Assembly: GCA_964187785.1 (NCBI GenBank)
Contig: OZ076418.1
Span: forward strand, 36,394,001-36,458,000
Origin: Amphiscolops sp. MND2022
Lineage: Eukaryota
Reading direction: 5' to 3'
Length of the DNA stretch: 64,000 nt
The notes beneath the pieces are model-generated. The model saw nothing but the letters and a program-made list of their open reading frames with translations. It ran no database searches and was not told the DNA's origin. How positions within the stretch are numbered: position 1 is the stretch's first letter; every line of letters begins with the position of its first letter. This document shows positions 35,715-43,954 of this stretch, piece after piece. The translations under genes and the position numbers were made by a program.

Positions 35715-36752
35715 GTGGTCAGGGGTATTTCCCCACATATTTTAGTGCGAGGCCGGGGAGGGTCCCGTCGCCGAGCTCAAGTTATGCGTGTCAAACTATA
35801 TACCTATAGATCACCTGTCAAAAAATGGCGATTTTCGAATTGAACCGTAGGATTGTAACGAAACTTTGCATGTGTACTTATCTTGCTGATGTACAAATGA
35901 TGTTCTGCTGGTCAAACACGATCCTATTACTTGGCGGGAAGTTATGAGCAAATGATCGGTTTTTTCACCCTGTTTCGGTACTTTTTCGCTGCGATATCTG
36001 CAGCATGTGGATACAATTGGCTGATACTTTGCATGCGAGGCATAAATGATGTCAGGTGTTTGCATGCCAAAAATCATTAGGCTGGTGATACTAGGCTGAG
36101 AGGTAGAAGGGGAAAAGGTAGTGGAAAATTGTGAAATCTCCGGTCATCGCGTCATAACTTCCGAACTTTGTATGAGATGGTGTTTAATGGAGCGGTAGCA
36201 GTACAGTCGATGTGTTTTCAACATCGCGTGGTCAGGATAAAAAAATAAAAAATAAAAAAGTTCTACAAAAGTTCTACAAAAATTCTAAAAATTTAGAATT
36301 TTTGCAAAAAAAAAGATTTTCTCATTTTTCGATGCTTTTTCACATTTTGAACGCAAAAAAGAAGTGACTCTGCACTTACGGTGACAATTAAAGGGGTTTC
36401 AGAGGTCAGAAAAGGTAAATGAGACAATACTGAACTGTTGCTTCAGTTGTTGGAACTGAATGTGTCAGTATATTTTTGTTAAATTGTAACTAACAACATC
36501 ACCGTTCTCCGGAGGACCGCGAAGCTGTTCGGAGGAAGAACGGTGATAACAAAATACATTGCCTGGACATCACTTGTGGTGGTTCGCGCGTGCGTTATAG
36601 GATGAACTATTGCAGATGAAAGAAAGCCGTTTTGTGCAAGTTTTGTACAATGCAAAACAATTGATGGTCGTTATTCTGTGAGTTCCGCCTCATTGCGTAC
36701 CTGTACAATGTCATTACGGCCTTTCTCGTGATTGTACCTTTGCCTCCACTGG
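35715..36752 (+). mobile_element. Unit U16 (family C, diverged subtype), 1,038 bp
   Basis: Sister of U15; GCCTCCACTGG end. Confidence 0.72.
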
Positions 36753-37972
36753 GTGAGTGGGGGAATCCCCAAAAATTGTTCTGAGGGATGGGTAGGGCCC
36801 CTATCCCGAGATCGAGGGCGGAGCTAAATAACAACCATATCCAAAATGTAAACTTTTAGTGAGATCTCGAAAACTGTCCGTAGGATTGGGCTGAAACTTT
36901 GCACACGTGCACAACTCGATATTCTAAGCACTTTTTTCCTCTGACGTTTTGCCGAAATGATCTTTGGTCATGCCGAAAAACCCTATTTTTTCAAGAAAAA
37001 ACGACTTTTTCAGTTTTTTCTCAATCATGACCTCATAACTTGTCTCAGAGTACTCGGAGCGATTCAGACGTGGACCACAATATTGTTCAACGGTTCGTAG
37101 GGAGTGTGCAGGGCAATTTTGGCGCTAATCGGATGGAAACAAAGTGAGCAATAGAGAAATTTCCAAGAATTTTTTTTGAAAAAAGTTTTTTTTACCATTT
37201 TTGCCCAAATTTTCAAAGACACAGTCACAGTGGGTAGTTTCTGCCCAAATTATTGCTCAACAAGACCATTTGGCCTATTTGCGGCAGTTTTAGCGTACCA
37301 GCATTGCCGGTGAAAAATATGTGACTTCGAACATTCAAAATGTTTTTTTTTCGATTTGACTTTTTTGTTCATCTTCAAGCCGCTCAAAGGTAAGAAACTT
37401 CCACACAACTTAGATTGCAAGTGGATGCATGTGGAAAGTACTCTGATAGACGAGAAAAATGGGCTATAGAACAACTCTCTATCTTAATCTGACGTTGACT
37501 TATGATGTTTTGGATATGCGATTGAGAAATGTTAAAATTGTCAAAAAATGAAAATGGAAGACAAGTCTCATTGAAAACTTATGTTCAGCAGAGCTGTTCA
37601 ATTGACGTAGTTTAGTGTACCAACACTCATCAATTTTTTCGACCTATTTTAAAAAAGTGTTGAAGTCTGCATTAAGTATCAGTTAACAAGACATACTCAA
37701 GTACATTCTCATCTCTCCCCACTGTCGGGCGAGATGAGAATGTACACTTCGAAAGCCAAAATATGCTACCTTCTCAACTTCTTCAACCTCGTCAACCGGT
37801 ACGCAGAAGACACAAAACTGTTTCCAGTAACTCCATGACTTTTAGCTGTAGGTTCTTTAAAAATATCGCAGTGGTGATACTAAGTGATCCAAAATTGAAT
37901 ACATATAGTTAACCATGGAAATACTTTAAGAACATCTGTCATCGTGATAAATTTTTCGCACCCATCCACTAG
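36753..37972 (+). mobile_element. Unit U17 (family D, diverged); 3' end tentative
   Basis: GTGA start with hairpins and core (~36863), D-type body, hairpin GTACATTCTCATCTC...GAGATGAGAATGTAC at 37701-37745, candidate end CCATCCACTAG at 37972. Confidence 0.55.
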
Positions 37973-38001
37973 CTTATCTTGTGAGGACGTGCATCCGTCT
38001 T

Positions 38002-38410
38002 GGATGTGAGAAACATAGCCAAAATTAGCCCAAAAATGGCCAAAAAACAGCAATTTTTCGACTTTTTTTCGCTTTTCTCAAAAACTGTCCATACGATTCG
38101 AACGAAATTTTCTACATTTATTCTACACCATATAAGAGTCCTATATGTGCAATGGCATCAAAATCGTATGGCTGGGATGTGAGAAACTAGCCAAAAATAG
38201 CCCAAAAAAGGCCAAAAAACAGCAATTTTTCGACTTTTTTCGCTTTTCTCAAAAACTGTCCATACAATTCGAACGAAATTTTCTACATTTATTCTACACC
38301 ATATAAGAGTCCTATATGTGCAATGGCATCAAAATCGTATGGCTGGGATGTGAGAAACTAGCCAAAATTAGCCCAAAAATGGTCAAAAAAGGGCCATTTT
38401 TCGACTTCAG
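38002..38410. repeat. ~2.3 copies of a ~172-bp tandem repeat, probably inside a small non-autonomous element (~37973-38470)
   Basis: GGATGTGAGAAAC at 38002, 38175, 38346, followed by an AGCCG...CGGCT stem-loop at ~38428-38456. Confidence 0.85.
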
Positions 38411-39808
38411 AAGGAAAAAGACCTAAGCCGACTCCTTTACCTATCATGCGGCTCTGGTTTGATTACCAAATCTTACAAAACTTTTTTTCGGCATTTCGGA
38501 GCATTTTCCTCTTAACGTTCTTAACTTTAAAATTTTTTGCAGTTCCTGAATTCTGATTTGACAAATTGAGTAATTAACCTTAACGCCTACCTCACCCCCC
38601 CACCACCACTGGTAACCAGTGTAATATGTCTTGAAACTCTTGCCAAGATCTTGGATTTTCCCGCAAATTCCTGTTACCTCCTGAAAACCTTGATAAGATC
38701 TTGAATTATCTTGGACCGATAAAAAATCTTGAGGTGAAAACTGCATTCAGCATTTCATTTATGTCTGTGATAATTTATGCATTTCATCAAACACCAACCA
38801 GGAGCGTTCGTATGGAGCAAATTTTGTTGATGATAAAATTTCCAGCTGAAGTATGGAAAAATATCAAATATGAAATCAGAGAAACTTTCTAAAAGAATTT
38901 TGGAGCCAAATTATTAAATCAAATTGATAACGTTGTAATAATACAAAACAAAGTTTGGTACCAATTGACATATCGTCTTTTCTACAGTATACTAATTTCA
39001 GTTTGCCAATTCTCTATTTAAGTGGTGCTAAACAACATTACTATTACAAAAAGAAATGAAAGTTAGGGCCTTTTCATGCAATTTCATCCATTATCATCCA
39101 TTAACCTCTTACTTTTTCCGGCTTATTATTTTCCGCCCATATTTCATATGGGAAAGGAAAATATTTAAATCAAACAAGAGTTTTTTTTTACAAAATTTGC
39201 CAACAATTATTGTTTACTTAATATGAAGAAGTACATTCACAGAATTCAACTGACATAAATTTAGTTCCATGCGATATGTATTTGTAAAGATTTTTGGACT
39301 TAAAACGATTTTGTTGCTCAAATGATTTGGGGCGGAAAATATCCCGCTGGTCCGCGGGCGTCTTGTTCTTGGGTTTTAACGGTTTCTTGCCAAGATCCTT
39401 GGCATTTCTTGGATTTTTTGACAAAATTCTTGAAATTTTTTGGTTCTAACAAGATTCTTACCAAGGGTTTCAGGAAATTGTAAGACTCTTGGCAAGAGTT
39501 TCAAGATGCTACACTGGGAGCTTCGAAACTGGCCAGTAGTCCCCTTTAATTTCACACATCCCGAAGTTTCACTCATAAAAAGTGTACTTACAGTGAGTTG
39601 ACAACATAACAGAACTTACAAAGCTGCAATAATGACTAGCATAAATTTCACTCGAAAGCAACTCAGATCCTATCGAGAAAGGTCAGTGAAAAAATGTTTG
39701 GCATTTTACCAAAACAATTCTTTTGTTCCAATAATAAGGATCCCTCTTCAAAAGCCAAGTGCTTTTGGGGACTGCCTTGTAAATTCGTTTTGTTTAATTT
39801 AATATATT

Positions 39809-40357
39809 CCCTGGTTGGAACTGCTTGAACTTTTTACATGTTTTTGTAGGTTACCAAGCTAATTTTCCATGATTTTATATAATTCTCAAAGAAACGTCCA
39901 TGCAACTAAACTTCACTGATTCGATTTAATTTTACCAAGCTGCCTATAAAATGTATCTTAAATTTTGCGGCAATTCTGCGCTGCGACGTTTTGCAAATTT
40001 CATAAAGACGCCGTTCTAATTTTGAAAGCAGCTGAGACCTTAATCAATTTTACCGCGCTTTCAATGCAAACAAATTTCAGTCACATTATAAGTTTCAAAG
40101 TAGCGTCATATTCAGCGTGCTATTTCACAAACGGTGATTACATAAGGTACTTACATGAGAAACTTACGCGTGAAAACAAAGTGATCGCTGCGGTGAAGAA
40201 GTGGAAATGTTTTCAGTTTTAATTCAAATAGTGAAGGCTGCATTGTAATCCTACAAAAAGTTTCCATGCACGGTCCCGGAATTTTCCATGTTTTATAAAA
40301 AATTAGCCTGCATGTTTCCATGCAGCATGTGAAAAGTTCAAGCAATCTCGACTAGGG
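39809..40357. mobile_element. MITE-like element with imperfect ~26-bp TIRs
   Basis: Left CCCTGGTTGGAACTGCTTGAACTTTT versus right AAAAGTTCAAGCAATCTCGACTAGGG. Related ends occur at 56659 and 61532. Confidence 0.55.
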
Positions 40358-40843
40358 TTGTCTATTATTTATGCCCTCTGATAAATAGAATTATTATTAT
40401 TTTTATTTTCCGCTAAGAAAATGAGAAATGCATCAGGACCTTTTTATTTCAAACAACTTTTTCACAAAGTTCATAGAAAACGTCAGGAAGTTATTTCGAA
40501 ATGCTCAGTAAAACTATCAAGCAGTTAGGCTAAGGTTCGATTCAAATATTTCAGAGTATCTTTAGAAAAACAAAGCTTGCAATGAATTATTAATCTTAGG
40601 GAGTGAACCAGTATAAGAGAAGAAATTATGAAACAATGTGGAAAATTATATTCTACAGTAGGCGTGAAGGAATTGTTTGGTCAGGTTAACGGGAGGAGAG
40701 AAAAATATTCCTGAAAAGAAAGGACTGAATTTTTGAAGATATATAATCATATTCATTATCATTTCAAAACAACAATGATGGAACGTTTTTGCGAGATACT
40801 ACTTTACGTTATTTCCAGTTAGGTCGCCGCTAAATTTTCTATC

Positions 40844-42902
40844 TGTCGCAGCCCTCTAGGAGCAGCGAAATAACGAATACAAGGAGAACGCCAGAGGAAG
40901 GAAATAGAGAAATCAACCAGAAAGGGACCGAATAAGAACATCATTCACCCTGAAAGAAACAATTAACAAACAACCCATCTAAACTATCCAACAAACATTA
41001 TTAACCCAGCGCAGTACCTAAAATACATAAATATGTAAATACTTAAATAATATTAAAGTGCTATTAGTGTGATTTGTTTACAGTAAAGCGACCAGCATAT
41101 TGACCGAAATTAACTCAGCCAACACGCTGATCAATTTACCGCTACAATAACAATGGAGCTAAAGCAGATTAAATTTCATTCCAATTTCATCGGACCAATC
41201 AGCGATTAGCGCAAATTCACCGCGCTAGCTGAACAGCAATACCAGGCAGCTCACCAGTCGACCGAGTGCTGGGTCGCACGCCTGGTCGCACGCTTGAAAC
41301 AACTGAAGCAATAGTATTACTGTATAACATGTTGTGCTATTCTATCGTGAACACAGAGCTTAAAAGAAGCTCAAACCACAAATAAATAACCGATGGAAAT
41401 AATGAAGGGTCTAAATGATGAAAGTATTTGTTTTATTATTTAGGTCAACCGCCTGGTCACCCAACTCTACTTTCCAAATGGGACAACCACCGGGACAACC
41501 GATCAAATATAGTTGATATTACTGTGCATTAATTATTAGTGTAACTTGGATAATATTGTTAATTTGTCCTGATCCCCCCACCAGAGCAATATTTCGTTCG
41601 TTTTGTAGTATTTTTATTCAAATATTACTGTGTTGGTAGAGCCCCACCCCGGGTCGACCGCCGGGGCAACTGCTTAGTTGAGAACGAATGAAAGATTAAC
41701 TACATTGTGACAAGTGCTGATTATTAATTTGTTATGAACGTTTATTGATTGAATGGCATATAATACTCACTAAAGCCATTAAAGTTGCGTTAAACCCCCC
41801 CACTGTGTTGATTAACGATGTTCAATATCCGGTCAAGTGTTCCGGAAAATTTCAGTTTAACACTCCGCCCTGGCATTCGACCAGAACTTTAACCAACGAA
41901 TTAATCCGCCCAAATTGATCATTTTGTGTTCAGTTGATGAGAATAATAATGCCCGAATTCCCATTTTTCCTAATTTAGTGCAGTTTTATTTTATTTAGAG
42001 TTTCATTTTCTTCGATGTAAACTTCATTTCCTTTTCCCGCTTCAGTAGCTAGGTTCATGAATTTCAGTGCTAACTTCGGTTCGGCGTCTTGAATTGGCGG
42101 GAAATGAAGAAGAAAGGTACGCGGAATTGGGACTTCGGCAGGAAGTTGATTCCCACTTTTCCTTTGAAGTGAGATGAAGCCGAAAGCCGAGTCCCGAGGA
42201 AGCGTACCTGACTTGGATTTTCTTGCCTCGGAAGGACGCCGAGCTGAACGAAGTGTGAATTCACGCGCGGGATTTATCCCGCGTGTCTAGCGCAAAGTAT
42301 AAATACCTGAAGTGGGAAAAGGAAAAGGACATTGTTATTTTGATTTCGCGAAAGCTCAACCTTGATTTGTAATTCCCGAAACTTTGAATTTTGAGTTTTC
42401 AATTATTGATTGTACTCTTTTATTTGCTTGCGAACGTTTTCTTTGGATTTGAGACTGTATCTTTGCATTGGAACAAGCTTGTTCTAGAAACTCTTGATTT
42501 GTTCAACCACCAGTTAAACCAGTCGAATTAACCTGTTTGATCAACTAAACTTTTCGACGATGCCCGAGAAATCTCAGAAAAGGAAACTTAGGAGTGACCC
42601 AAGTAGTAGTTTGGAAAATGTCGAGTCTACAAGTCAGGCTTCTGATGAAAATACTTGCTTGACTGATCAAGACTTCTCAGATATTTCAAACAAGATTGAA
42701 AATCGACTGTCCAAAAGACTAAGAGACGCAGAATTTGGACAAAGAGAAATTTTGAAATTAATCGAAAATCTAGCTGCGAAAGTAGATGGTCTTTCAAATT
42801 CCGCCACTGAACCTTCAGGTTCGGTTCTACGACATGATATCGAGCCTGAATCAATAGGGAACTCCGAACCCATCGGCAACTTAGTGAACGTTAGTTCCAA
42901 CA
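40844..42902 (+). repeat. 5' LTR (2,059 bp)
   Basis: TGTCGCAGCC...GTTCCAACA. Matches 54467-56525 except for a few substitutions (three noticed by eye). TATAAATA at 42298. Confidence 0.95.
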
Positions 42903-43954
42903 TGGTGACAGGAGTCTCTGCGAACCATCAAGAAAATCATCAACGATCATCAAGTCTGCCACCTCCAAACCAGAGGTACCCCGATGACATCATTGATAAA
43001 CTGTTACAATCGCTGCAAACGGCAACAACAAACAACTCAGGCGTCCCCAGGCTACCAAAAGCCATGTCCACTACGATGCCGACTTTCGACGGGAAAACGG
43101 ACAAGTTCGAGCACTTTGAGGACCTTTTCCAGACAAGCCTCAAAGTATACCCGAACATCACTGAAAAAGAAAAGATCCATTACTTTCACTCCCTCCTGAG
43201 AGGCGAAGCGTTACAAACATTCAGGAACATGACGGAAGCAACACGTGAACACCTGAATGACATCCTGGCAGGCTTCCGCAGGAGATACGTCCGACAGCAG
43301 TCAGTGGCAACTGCACGGTGCAAATGGGAAAATCTGTCATTTAACCCAAGCCAACAAACCTTCCCAGACTTCTTGGAGCAATACCAAAAACTAGCACAAG
43401 AAGCCTATGGAGAGGACGCCCCCCGATTCATAGAAACATCCTTCTATGCAAAAATGCCACCACACCTCAAGAAGGTCCTAAACCAGGCAAGACTAGAAAC
43501 AGAATCGTACGAGACAATGGTACAGCACTTGGAACGAGAAATCGAACTCAACGGACTCGCTACCAACGACAGCCTTTCAATAACAGGAGTCCACAACATC
43601 GAACCCAGTTCACAACAACAGCAACAAAACAATCCCCCCAGAACAACGGGACCATGCTTTGGGTGCGGCAACCCAGGTCACCTCCTACGAAACTGCAGGA
43701 AAACCAATCGGGACAAACGATCCCAAAAAACAAACGCTCCAACTCAATCCACTCCCTGCGAGACATGTGGCAAAATGAGCCACGAAACGAAAGACTGCTT
43801 CTCTGGAGCGAATTGGGCAAACCGCCCCTCATGGTGGAAAACACCTAAAACAACGCCCCCCAATAATATTCCCATCACACAAAACCCACAAACGATCCCG
43901 ATGCAGCAGCCACAAACCATGGCACCACCAGAAATGGAGTCAAAAAACTCCTAA
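42560..43954 (+). CDS. gag: Gag (464 aa) with two CCHC zinc knuckles; ORF starts inside the 5' LTR
   Basis: CFGCGNPGHLLRNC and CETCGKMSHETKDC; capsid-like MPTFDGK...F...F region. Confidence 0.9.
   Translation: MPEKSQKRKLRSDPSSSLENVESTSQASDENTCLTDQDFSDISNKIENRLSKRLRDAEFGQREILKLIENLAAKVDGLSNSATEPSGSVLRHDIEPESIGNSEPIGNLVNVSSNMVTGVSANHQENHQRSSSLPPPNQRYPDDIIDKLLQSLQTATTNNSGVPRLPKAMSTTMPTFDGKTDKFEHFEDLFQTSLKVYPNITEKEKIHYFHSLLRGEALQTFRNMTEATREHLNDILAGFRRRYVRQQSVATARCKWENLSFNPSQQTFPDFLEQYQKLAQEAYGEDAPRFIETSFYAKMPPHLKKVLNQARLETESYETMVQHLEREIELNGLATNDSLSITGVHNIEPSSQQQQQNNPPRTTGPCFGCGNPGHLLRNCRKTNRDKRSQKTNAPTQSTPCETCGKMSHETKDCFSGANWANRPSWWKTPKTTPPNNIPITQNPQTIPMQQPQTMAPPEMESKNS
42903..42914 (+). other. 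Primer-binding-site-like sequence
   Basis: TGGTGACAGGAG immediately after the LTR CA. The first 7 nt are compatible with a tRNA-Trp 3' end; the primer is not assigned. Confidence 0.5.
43942..43948 (+). promoter_or_regulatory. -1 ribosomal frameshift slippery heptamer A AAA AAC
   Basis: In gag phase (tcA AAA AAC tcc taa). The pol frame is -1 and open from 43867. A downstream CTTCGGGG/CCCCGAAG pairing is possible. Confidence 0.75.

Larger units (their letters stand above)
1..37972 (+). mobile_element. Heterogeneous head-to-tail array of Helitron/Helentron-like rolling-circle units joined at CT(A/G)G|GTG; left edge lies outside the window
   Basis: 17 junctions, with the next unit starting at 473, 1861, 3857, 4923, 11419 (CTTG variant), 12491, 25944, 27218, 28288, 29361, 30421, 31482, 32550, 33610, 34679, 35715, 36753. 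No TSDs. Each unit's start type, body and end type co-segregate. CTRR is the known Helitron 3' terminus. A RepHel gene lies on the same strand inside one unit. Confidence 0.8.

Noticed and set aside
473-36830. HDV-like or hammerhead ribozyme in the 5' hairpin module
   Set aside because: I could not build the nested double pseudoknot or a CUGAUGA/GAAA core on either strand. The CTGATGA at ~35564 is just one arm of a plain hairpin.
473-37972. CRISPR array or bacterial integron
   Set aside because: There are no identical short repeats with unique spacers, no cas or intI gene, and no ORF cassettes. The context is eukaryotic. The integron comparison is only a mechanistic analogy.
25944-37972. 60-125 aa ORFs in A/B/C/D units
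   Set aside because: Same reasoning: indels in homopolymer runs shift frames between near-identical copies.
38620-39520. TCTTGCCAAGATC-type short imperfect repeats
   Set aside because: Too degenerate to define boundaries or a family from this window.
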